Source of the DNA: Octopus sinensis
Taxonomy: Eukaryota
DNA: 19,041 bases
NCBI RefSeq assembly: GCF_006345805.1
Contig: NW_021824293.1
Span: forward strand, 1 to 19,041
Direction: 5' to 3'
Part shown: in pieces, positions 9,087 to 19,041 of the stretch
Layout: every line of letters begins with the position of its first letter
Position numbering within the stretch: position 1 is the stretch's first letter
The notes under the pieces: generated by a model
What the model saw: only the letters and a program-made list of their open reading frames with translations
What the model was told of the DNA's origin: nothing
The model's database searches: none
Translations under genes and position numbers: made by a program

Positions 9087-9090
<4 letters not shown>
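8961..9090 (+). mobile_element. Short Penelope-like 3'-end/pLTR fragment with a minimal hammerhead-like motif, abutting (TA)n
   Basis: cttt-CTGTAGA-A-GAAC-gtag-GCTC-GAAA-cg-TA-aaag at 8964-8999, followed by a T-rich tail ending at the (TA)n run. Confidence 0.55.

Positions 9091-9144
<54 letters not shown>
9090..9144. repeat. Perfect (TA)n microsatellite
   Basis: Directly visible. Confidence 0.98.
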
Positions 9145-9147
<3 letters not shown>

Positions 9148-9758
9148 CCTCATTCACCCTCTCTCTCGAATCTTCTCTCAAGTTTTGCCATTCTCACTCT
9201 CTTTCTCTCTCTTTCATTTTCTGTCTCCCTATTTACATAACGATCACGCGAAAATATTTTCTTCCTCTCCTCTCTCTCTTCCTCTTACTTACACTCCCTC
9301 GGCTCTTCCTTTCTAGCCTCACTTCCGACTCTCTGCCCTTTCTTCTGTCGCATTCTTTTTATATTCTCGCTTCATTTATATCCTATTTTCTTTCACCGTC
9401 TCATTCTTTATTTCCTTCCTATTCTCTTTCTCTCTTCCTGTGATTGTGACGCTCAAACCTTTTTATATTCGGCAACTCAATTTTCTCTCTCTTATTTGCT
9501 CTAACTCTGTCTCTCTCTCTCTTTCTCTCTCCTTCTCTATCTTCATCATTTTTGTATCCCACTCTCTCACTCTCCCATATCTTTCATATCATTCATTAAA
9601 ACCATAATTTTACCTTCACCTTCATGTCAATTTTCTTTTCTTCTTCCAATTTCACTTCCTTGTCAAGCAACATTACGGCTCATCCCCAGCATCGTCAACA
9701 GCATCACCAGCGAGTCGGCCACCACAACTATTGCAGTCTTCTTCACTTAGTCCCCTCA

Positions 9759-9810
<52 letters not shown>
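9145..9810. repeat. Pyrimidine-rich low-complexity tract ending in (CT)n(CA)n
   Basis: Degenerate (CT)n throughout; near-perfect (CT)n then (CA)n at ~9759-9810. Confidence 0.8.
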
Positions 9811-9813
<3 letters not shown>

Positions 9814-9837
9814 CACGTTTTTCGCTTCATTCCTCTT

Positions 9838-10125
9838 TTTCTTCTCCTTCTTCTTCTCCTTCTTCTTTTCTTCTTCTTCTTCTTCTTCTTCTTCTTCATC
9901 GTCTTCTTCTTCGTCGTCTTCTTCGTCTCCTTCTTCGTTTTCTTCTTCTTCTTCTTCTCCTTCTTCTTCTTCTTCTTCTTCTTCTTCTTCTTCTTCTTCT
10001 TCTTCTTCTTCGTCTTCTTCTTCGTCGTCGTCTTCGTCTTCTTCTTCGTCTTCTCTTCTTCGTTTTCTTCTTCTCCTTCGTTTTCTTCTTCTTCGTCTTC
10101 TTCTTCTTCTTCTTCTCTTTCTTCC
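9838..10125. repeat. (CTT)n microsatellite with (CGT) interruptions
   Basis: Directly visible; source of the poly-S/L/E/K ORFs. Confidence 0.97.
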
Positions 10126-10417
10126 CCTATCCTCACTCCCAACGATTTCCTTCATTTTGCTCTTAGTGCCCCTCGCCCTATCGGCCTGCCTGTCTGTCTG
10201 TATGCCTTCTTCCACGACCCTTCCTCCCTCCCTCTATCCATCATTTCCACCCTACTTCCCACCCACCTCTCACCACCCTTTCTCTGTGATCTTCACACCG
10301 CTTCATCTGTTCAAGAGAATCGGTCAAGCATGCTCTAACCCTCTCATCCTTTAAAAGTGTTTCATAAGAAAATAATAAGAGTGAAAAACGAAGATTTAAA
10401 CTCCGCCGTTGGCACAC

Positions 10418-10480
10418 CATCACCACGATCATCATCATCATCATCATCATCCTCATCATGATTATCCTCATCATCATCAT
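10418..10480. repeat. (CAT)n microsatellite
   Basis: Directly visible. Confidence 0.93.
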
Positions 10481-10707
10481 TTCAAGAACCCAGAACCACC
10501 GATCCCACCCCGCCAAATTTACATGCTATCACTTTCACTTTCGGTTTCGCTCTTTTTCTTCTTTTTTTTTCTTTCTTCTGTTCCTAGACTTGCTTCCAAA
10601 GTTGAGAATAATCCAAGTCGATGTGATAGGGTACGACGGAAATAGTTGGCGGCCATCGATCTTAACAGATTAATCTTCCGTCACTGCGTCTCTGTTTTAT
10701 TCATTTA

Positions 10708-11195
<488 letters not shown>

Positions 11196-11801
11196 ATTTT
11201 TCTTTCTCAGATTACAGTCTCTACATTTTCGCCTTCTTTGTTTTTTCATTATCAACAAAACGCATGCATACATACATACATACATAGACACACAATATAT
11301 ATCTTTATATCTATATCTATATCTATCTACTTAACTATATACATATATACATATATATATACACCACCACACACTTATTCATGGACACAAACGCAGGCAG
11401 ACACACAACACACACGTATATGGCCCATATTTTCTCTTAGTCTTTTCTCCTCACATTCTATCGCTCTATATTTATGATTCTGTATCTTTTCAACTTTCCA
11501 ATTGCATTTCTGTCTCTCTCACTCTTAATATCTCTCTCCCCCACTCCTGTCTCTCAGTCTCTGTATATGTATGTGTGTATGTGTATGCGCGTGTGAATGC
11601 TTGTTTCTCTATATGTGTGAGTGTGCATTTGTATTGATAGACGTATACGTAGACACATGAAAGCAAGTTTTGCTCGATATATTTAGTGGAAGATTAGGGT
11701 ATTTTCTGAAGGTAATTCAGTTCTTCATGGGTTAAAAATTCGTAGATGCAGGATACATCCGTATCTGTACGTAAAACTCTGCAAGTTATCTGTCTGCTTC
11801 C

Positions 11802-11833
11802 CTCTCTCTCTCTCTCTCTCGCTCTCTCTCCCC

Positions 11834-11872
<39 letters not shown>

Positions 11873-11956
11873 TATATATATTATATATATTATATATATA
11901 TTATGTATGTATATATATATATATATAATATATATATAATATATATATATATATAA

Positions 11957-11989
<33 letters not shown>

Positions 11990-11999
11990 ATATATATAT
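11802..11999. repeat. (CT)n followed by imperfect (TA)n
   Basis: Directly visible. Confidence 0.95.
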
Positions 12000-12000
12000 T

Positions 12001-12062
12001 CGACGAGCTTCTTTCAGTTTCCGTCTATAAGAGTCTATGGTAGACGACACTTGCTGAATGTG
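12001..12062 (-). mobile_element. SINE family B fragment with internal deletion
   Basis: cgacgagcttctttcagtttccgtcta joined to ctatggtagacgacacttgc, both matching minus-strand family B. Confidence 0.72.
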
Positions 12063-12097
12063 AAGAAGAATTCTGACCACACAATTCTTTGTGCTAT

Positions 12098-12211
12098 AGG
12101 CACAGGGCCTTGAAGTTTTGAGGAGGGCGATAGTCGACTACATCAACTCCCAGTACATGACTGGTATTTAATTTATCGACCCCGACAGGAAGAAAGGCAA
12201 AGTCAAACTCG
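12098..12211 (-). mobile_element. SINE family A, core and tail fragment
   Basis: aggcacagggccttgaag...actggtatttaatttatcgaccccgacaggaagaaaggcaaagtcaaactcg. Confidence 0.83.
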
Positions 12212-12244
12212 TATACATGCATACAAAGACATATGTACAATAGT

Positions 12245-12280
<36 letters not shown>

Positions 12281-12283
<3 letters not shown>

Positions 12284-12468
12284 CCCAAACAAAAAGCACA
12301 AAAAAACACAACAACGCGAGGTACGTGGAACAAATATAGTATTACTTGACGACGCTCGGGAAGAAGGAAAGAAGTAGGCTTAACGTTTCGAGCGGAGCCT
12401 TCGTCGGAAACATCCAGAGAAGGAAGACAGAGGAAAGAAATCGCCAACGGTACACACGAGGTCACATT
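12281..12468 (-). mobile_element. Short Penelope-like fragment with a minimal hammerhead-like motif, embedded in (TA)n
   Basis: Minus strand gttt-CCGACGA-A-GGC-tcc-GCTC-GAAA-cg-TT-aagc (12411 to 12379). Downstream ttcccgagcgtcgtcaagtaatactatatttgtt resembles ttcctgagcattatactaatacctctgtttgtt of the 8961-9090 element. (TA)n on both sides. Confidence 0.58.
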
Positions 12469-12565
12469 TATATATATATAATATATAATATAGAGAGAGA
12501 GAGAGAGAGGAGAGATAGAGAGAGAGAGAGAGAGGAGAGAGAGATAAGTAAATACATACTTACAT

Positions 12566-12622
<57 letters not shown>
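12469..12622. repeat. (TA)n-(GA)n-(TA)n compound microsatellite
   Basis: Directly visible. Confidence 0.95.
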
Positions 12623-12627
<5 letters not shown>

Positions 12628-12894
12628 TGAAGGTATTTGCCACTTAATGTGGCAGTCCCATGAAAAGGAAGAATGCTACAGCAATTTAACCCTAGAAAAC
12701 ACAATTTCCAGCTGGCTATGACACACTTTCGGTGTCCTTATGTTTTCAAAGGGGGAGATAAGCACTGCCACCCAGCAATCAGAGACTAGTTTCAGAGCCA
12801 TTGCTCACATTAAGTTGGCAACATGCCATCACTTTATCGTGCTGCTACTGTATAGATCTCTCTGGGTGTTTTAGAAATATAATAATTCTATTTT

Positions 12895-13032
12895 CGAAAG
12901 CAGTGAATATATTTCACTTGAAATCTATGCTTTCAAAGGCGAATATGCACCGACTGGTCATGGTTGGAATGCCCTTGATCATGAGTCTATTAAATGAGGG
13001 TTGACGTGGGGTCAGTACCACCAACAACAACA
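12895..13032 (+). mobile_element. Repeat family C copy (SINE-like, (CAA)n tail)
   Basis: ggtcatggttggaatgcccttgatcatgagtct...ggttgacgtggggtcagtaccaccaacaacaac, similar to 14569-14645 and 16088-16166. Confidence 0.6.
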
Positions 13033-13767
13033 GTTAAAAGAAACAGGGTTTGGAAGTGAGTTAATAAGGGCTTTTGACAAAATGTGGCCAAACAATATTA
13101 TACTAATGCAACGTATTCGGTGTATCCATACTGCTAATGCTAAGCCGCGTCCAAATCCAGAGTATCACTTGTTAAGTACTAGGGACCCTCAAAGAGGTTT
13201 GCCCTTGATAGGCAGATCAGTGGTTTCGTCATACTTTAAATGTATTTTCATGCCCACACGTTTTAAGTCTGTGTGAGTCTCTAGATGTGTGTGTGTGTGT
13301 GTGGCATGTGGTGCGGTGTGTGTGTAGCTTTCTGATAAGAGATATAGGACGAGTTGTTCTATTGACCTCTGCTCCTACCATCCCTCAGGGCAGTCTAGTA
13401 ACCAGGCAACAGCCGTTCTCTATCATGTCAACACGTGCACAAGTATTGATGTCTTCGGCATAACAGTTGGTTATGGCAAAACAATAAATTCATATTAACG
13501 GAACAATACTCTTCGACAGAATGTTGCTGTCGTTGACCGAGGGTTGAGGAGAAAAGGAAGAGATATGACGGATGGAAAACTGAGTAACGTGTCATTTAAA
13601 TATGTGTCGGCTATAGAGCAGCTGCTGCGCATGCGTGATGAACAGAGAAAATATCTACGTAACTAAATGAACCGAACGAAGTAATTAGAACAAAATGCCC
13701 TGCCCAAGAACCGAACAAATAACAATATGCAAACTAGGTCACCTCTCAATGGTTGAAAATCCCATTT

Positions 13768-13790
13768 GAAATAGCAGCCAAATCTCTTTC
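13768..13790 (+). mobile_element. Short remnant of repeat family C
   Basis: gaaatagcagccaaatctc matches gaaatagcaacaaagtct at 16021 and the reverse complement of atttggccgctatttt at ~14227. Confidence 0.5.
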
Positions 13791-14211
13791 TACATAGCTT
13801 GTGTAAAAAAAAATTAAACGAATTCCTGAAAGCGAAAGAAAATGTCTTCATCTAAAATGCGATCAAAAACTGATCGATGACAATGGGAGATATAGCTGTA
13901 AAAAGATTCGAACTGTGACCTTCAGATGCCTTCATAAGTAAACACATGCAATTCGCATGCTCTTAATGTCCTGTGTTCTTACATGGTTCCCTCTATCCTC
14001 AGCCCGGTTTAATACTCAACATCATGAGTGCCTTCAGTGAAGTCCACACTGCTGCAAGTATTCTGCGCAGGTCTCCGGCTTAAGGATTGCTTTAAAAATT
14101 TCTCTCATCAGTCTGACAGTTATAGAAACAAATGCAGTTTCAAAGACATCGCTTTTCACTCCCTGACTAAGTGATAAATAAATATTTCCCTGCCTTTTAA
14201 AACATGCCAAA

Positions 14212-14258
14212 GAGTAATTTGAAGGAAATTTGGCCGCTATTTTAGCAGGTCGAGCATC
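14212..14258 (-). mobile_element. Repeat family C, 5' fragment
   Basis: aatttgaaggaaatttggccgctattttagcaggtcgagc is the reverse complement of gccgacctgctagaaatagcaacaaag at ~16009-16035. Confidence 0.65.
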
Positions 14259-14464
14259 TAAAATAAATTACTCTTTTTTTTTTTTACTTTTGCAGTGTCA
14301 TCGGTTTCTTTGCGTTTGTAGAAAAATATCAACGGTACAGCAAATGAAGATCAACTACTGGGGGATAGGAATACAGGTTATCACATTTAAGTGACGAGAT
14401 TAGCAATGAAACTAACCTCAAATTAGCACACCACTGGGAGACGCTTTATGTGGTAGTCTTAGAT

Positions 14465-14645
14465 GTTAGACATAGCTTCCGAATCCTTCTAAAACCAAAT
14501 TATACCGTTCTTGAAAAAAGGACAGACTGATTAGATAATGTAGTCCTAGGTAGGCACAAAGGCGAGTGGGTCACTGATGGAATGTTTTTTTAAGAAAGAT
14601 CTGCTCGACCAAGGCTGTCTGATGGTTAAACCATAAACACCCATC
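14465..14645 (+). mobile_element. Repeat family C copy
   Basis: gacatagcttccgaatcc...accgttcttgaaaaaagg...gggtcactgatggaatg...tctgctcgaccaaggctg...ggttaaac, collinear with the copies at 12895 and 16000. Confidence 0.62.
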
Positions 14646-14691
14646 AACTTTGTGCTGCCACCACTAAGCTGGCAAGATCTGTTGGGGCGCA

Positions 14692-14940
14692 TACTCTCTT
14701 TACTCTTTACTCTTTTACTTCTTTCAGTCATTTGACTGCGGCCATGCTGGAGCACCACCTTTGGTCGAGCAAATCGGCCCCTGGACTTATTCATTGTAAG
14801 CCTAGTACTTATTCTGTCGGTCTCTTTTGCCGAACCGCTAAGTTACGGGGACAGACTTATTAGATAATGTAGTCCTAGGTTGTCAAGCGATGTTGGGGAG
14901 AGACAAACACAGACACAGAAACATATACACGTACACACAT

Positions 14941-14973
<33 letters not shown>

Positions 14974-15134
14974 GACAAGCTTCTTTCAGTTTCCGTCTAC
15001 CAAATCCACTCACAAGATTTTGGTCGGCCCGAGGCTATAGCAGAAGACACTTGCTCAAGGTGCCACGCAGTGGGACTGAACCCGGAACCATATGGTTCGT
15101 AAGCAAGCTACTTACCACACAGCCACTCCTGCGC
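14692..15134 (-). mobile_element. SINE family B, full length, with a locally templated patch
   Basis: Reverse complement of the 6185-6590 copy from the (tactcttt)n tail to ccactcctgcgc; 14849-14880 is replaced by a copy of 14520-14551. Confidence 0.93.
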
Positions 15135-15210
15135 ATGTTTAATTTTGTTCTTGTTCAGTTCTGCTTCAAAAAGCAAATGGTAAAAGACGATCCATTCAGA
15201 ACCATTTTAT

Positions 15211-15552
15211 CTTGGACATGTGTCTTTTGCTATAGCCTCGGCTTAACCAAAACCTTGTAAGTAGATTTGGTAGACGGAAACTGAAAGAAACCCGTCGTAT
15301 ATATATATAAATATATATATATATATAGCTATGTGTGTGTGTCTGTGTTTGTGTCCCGATCGCCACTTGACAACCGATTTTGGTGTGTTTCCGTCACTGT
15401 AACTTAACGGTTCGACAAAAGAGACCGATAGAATAAGCACCAGGATTAAAAATTTAGTACTAGGGTCGATTCGTTCGACTAAAACTTCAAGGTGGTGCCG
15501 CAACATGGCCGCCTTCTAATGACTGAAACAGGTAGATGATAAAAGATAAAAG
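15211..15552 (+). mobile_element. SINE family B, 5'-truncated older variant
   Basis: cttggacatgtgtcttttgctatagcctcgg...gatttggtagacggaaactgaaagaaacccgtcg...gagaccgatagaataag...aatgactgaaacagg, with a (taaaaga)n tail. Confidence 0.9.
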
Positions 15553-15812
<260 letters not shown>

Positions 15813-15999
15813 TGCAAATATAGCATGCTTGAGATTACATTTTCTAATGCCCTTTTTTTTTCTTAAGATGATCAGGTATAATTTCCGTCGGATTTGGCTT
15901 CTATTTCTGGCTGCTCTAGCTATGGCATGGACGTTTGATCATTGACTTCTAAAGTGGGGATAACAAACTAAGAACTACTGAGCCAGCAACAGGACCATT

Positions 16000-16166
16000 A
16001 TGCGATCGGCCGACCTGCTAGAAATAGCAACAAAGTCTGTCTTAAATTGGATTGTATCGCGTAGTTCTATACCTAAAAAGAAATATGGGTATCCACTGGA
16101 ATAACTACGATTATGAGTTTCCTCAGTTAGCACTGGCCAGGGGCTAAAGGGAAAATAACAGCAACA
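16000..16166 (+). mobile_element. Repeat family C copy
   Basis: gatcggccgacctgctagaaatagcaacaaagtct...ctggaataactacgattatgagt...ggggctaaagggaaaataacagcaac; an inverted short copy lies at ~15880-15920. Confidence 0.62.
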
Positions 16167-16572
16167 TCAGTTAGTCAGAGATGTGGCAGAAATGTTATGT
16201 ATGGTTAAGTGTAGCTGGATTTCCGGCACCACATCCACATGGCCTTCGACACACCTTATAATATAGGGGAACAAAGACAAAATATTATATCTAAAGAAGT
16301 TGATGAATGAAGGACCACCTGGGAGTCTGATATTTGCTGATTTATAAATGTGGATTGCAAACAAAGGACATCCGGACAAGATGGCCGCCACGCAGTGATG
16401 GTTGCACGAGGATGCGTGACCTTTACTGATTAATGACTTGTGAGCTGATGGGGAAGGCGATAACAGGCCAACATAGATCGGTTTTGCTACAGATTGGCCA
16501 TTCAGATATTTGCCTCCTCCTACATTTGAGTCATATCAACACACACACACACATATATATATATATACATAT

Positions 16573-16974
16573 TACTCTTTTACTCTTTTACTTGTTTCAG
16601 TCATTTGACTGCGGCCATGCTGGAGCACCGCCTTTAGTCGAGCAAATCGACCCCGGGACTTATTCTTTCTAAGCCCAGTACTTATTCTATGGGTCTCTTT
16701 TGCCGAACCGCTAGGTGACGGGGACGTAAACACACCAGCATCGGTTGTCAAGCAATGCTAGGGGGACAAACACAGACACACAAACATACACACACATATA
16801 CATATATATATATATACGACAGGTTTCTTTCAGTTTCCGTCTACCAAATCCACTCACAAGGCATTGGTCGGCCCGGGGCTATAGCAGAATACACTTGCCC
16901 AAGATGCCACGCAGTGGGACTGAACCGGGAACCATGTGGTTGGTTAGCAAGCTACTTACCACACATCCACTCCT
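16573..16974 (-). mobile_element. SINE family B, near full length, young
   Basis: High similarity to the reverse complement of 6185-6590; lies within a (CA)/(TA) microsatellite. Confidence 0.93.
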
Positions 16975-17102
16975 ATATTGATGTATGAGTGTGCATGATG
17001 TTTTTGTGTGTGTATGTGTGTGTGTATCTATGTATGGCTTTATGCATGTATGCATGTACATATATATATATATATATAATATATATATATATTATATATA
17101 TA

Positions 17103-18431
17103 CTAGCAGAGATACCCAGCGCTGCCCGATACATTCAGTTGAAGAATTAGACTTTTCTGTTATATCTTCTGTAATGAACTGGAATATCTATGTTTCGAAT
17201 TTCATTAAAATTGCAGATGAGGGTTATTTCCCTCTTTACACACCCTAAAAGAATTGTGATCGCGCCACATATATCCCATTCTACTAATTTTTATGCGCAT
17301 ATTCCAAAATTCCAGTCTTATTGAACCTGTTAAAAAGATTTTGCTCCTGAAAAATGAAGGTCATGCAGCTCTAAAATGTGAGAGTTAATGCCCCTGTTGG
17401 GGGTGGGCATCTTAATGTCAACCAGAGAAGTTGAATTGTTGAAAATCTTTTTAACTTGGGTCTTATATCTATTGTTTGAATTTCTTTGAGATAGGAAATA
17501 TATGTTCACTGGGTTTGTAAAATAGAGCAAAGCTACAGGAAACCAAAAGACGAATGATCACAATAAGCAGTCAGTTACCCTATCCTAGTCGTTACCACTC
17601 CCAATGTAGGATTCCTCACCATCCAGGTGACAGGCACAGCCGTAAGATGCATTACGAATCTATAGCAATTGAAAGAGCGTGACCCAACTAAAATCAACAT
17701 TAACAACTGTGTGACGTGAGGTTTAAGGAGAAATTAAAGTGTCACCTCTGGAGTTTGCAAATGACCACTATACTGGTACGTAACTGGACAGAATAAATTT
17801 AAAATCTATAAATGTCTTTGAATAAACAGTCACTCATCTGGGAAGGCCTTGAAATCAGTGTTACCATCTGGGGACTATGTGTGACCGAGTGATAGTAAAA
17901 AGACTGAAAGGAGGTCTGCAATCAAATAACTTTACTCAACACTTTGCAACTGAATCAGTGGAGGCAAAGATGCCTCTCATTTACTTGACAATTTTTGCAC
18001 CACATTGCAGAAATCACAACGTAAGTGTATGTCAAAGCAAACTGTTACACTGTTGTACCATTGAATTAGAAATAATGCCCAACTTTTATGCTCGGGTAAC
18101 CCTAAAGCTTCCAAGAGCACAACTGTATTCGTTTTTGCTTAGATAAAATGACTAAATTGTGGGTGTTAAGTCCCCACGGAGAGGTCTTTCTAACTTTGTA
18201 AGAAGATGAAATTTTATAAATATTACTTCATTTGTGTCTAATATATATGATTAAGATTTCATCAACAGCAAAAATATATGAATTGTCATGGGGGTTATGG
18301 CCTTTATGCATAGAATATAATTACCAAATTTCATAAAGATCCATTGAGTACTTTTGACCTAGTTTTGGATCATAAAAGAAATGACTAAAATCTGGGAGTT
18401 AAGGCTCCAATTAGGGTGTTTTATATATAGA
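17103..18431 (-). mobile_element. Non-autonomous Helitron-like element
   Basis: Minus strand starts A|TCtatatataaaac (18431) and ends ...tcgggcagcgctgggtatctctgCTAG|T (17103): 5' TC, GC-rich subterminal hairpin remnant, 3' CTAG, A|T host site. Flanked by (TA)n on both sides. Confidence 0.72.
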
Positions 18432-18509
18432 TATAGATATATATATAGTTACACACACACACACACACACATACAAAGATAAATTGATAGATACAACTGA
18501 GTGGGCAGT

Positions 18510-18753
18510 AAGTTATGGGGATGTAAATAAACGAACACCAGTTGTGAAGCAGTGATGAGTGAGAAACACAAAGACACACACATATACATACAATTGATTT
18601 CTTTCAGTTTCTGTCTACAAAATCCACTGACACGGCTTTGGTTGGTTTCAGGCTTTAACAGAAGGCACGTGCCAAGTTACCACACAGTGGGACTGAACTG
18701 AGGACCACATGCTTTGGGACCAAGTTTGTTACCACACAGCCACAACTGCACCT
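18510..18753 (-). mobile_element. SINE family B, old diverged copy
   Basis: taagttatggggatgtaaa...ttctttcagtttctgtctacaaaatccact...cagtgggactgaac...ttaccacacagccac. Confidence 0.85.
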
Positions 18754-18990
18754 ATGTATGTGTGTGTGTGTGTGTGTGGTGGATCGGTATGTGAGTATGT
18801 GTGTATGGGTGTATATATATGTGTACATATTACATGTACATCTCTATATACATCTAGACATACATGTATATCTATAGAAATACATCTATACAAATACATG
18901 TATACATATAGAGCTATACATATACATGTATACATATACATCTATATATATACATGATATATATATATACATCCATATACATACAATAGA
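18754..18990. repeat. Degenerate (TG)n/(TA)n/(TACA)n microsatellite
   Basis: Directly visible. Confidence 0.88.
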
Positions 18991-19041
18991 GAGATGCTTT
19001 TCTTTCACTTTTAAAAACGTTATACTGAAATAGTGGAGAAG

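Noticed and set aside
9624-10354. Long ORFs encoding poly-S/L/E/K
   Set aside because: Stop-free frames of the (CTT)n and (CA)n repeats on both strands; no domain content.
14098-14112. Minus-strand CTGATGA-GA-GAAA hammerhead core
   Set aside because: No room for helix II and no clear helix I or III; probably chance.
14273-14382. Plus-strand exon after poly-T...gcAG (14295)
   Set aside because: The donor (cag|gttatc) is weak, the translation is unrecognisable and the T-run adjoins a repeat fragment.
14687-15136. gcgcat as a target-site duplication of the SINE B copy
   Set aside because: Only 6 bp and probably overlapping the SINE's own 5' terminus.
17877-18146. 89-aa ORF inside the Helitron-like element as a Rep/helicase
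   Set aside because: No HUH or PIF1 helicase motifs, and it lies opposite to the element's orientation.

Overview
AT-rich, microsatellite-dense eukaryotic non-coding DNA (intronic or intergenic). The SINE families and simple-repeat load resemble a coleoid cephalopod, probably Octopus; this is an inference from recalled repeat sequences, not a search. No credible protein-coding gene is present: the supplied ORFs fall in simple repeats or repeat copies, or show no recognisable product. The window holds three interspersed repeat families, labelled here A, B and C, including a tandem A multimer inside one target-site duplication. It also holds a ~1 kb foldback palindrome interrupted by a SINE, a 118-bp piggyBac-like MITE, a 1.3-kb non-autonomous Helitron-like element and a decayed R4/Dong-type LINE fragment. 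The most interesting signal is a set of short (TA)n-anchored elements carrying minimal hammerhead-ribozyme-like motifs of the Penelope-like type. A few unique islands contain promoter-like motif clusters or splice signals. All alignments were done by eye and boundaries of diverged copies are approximate.
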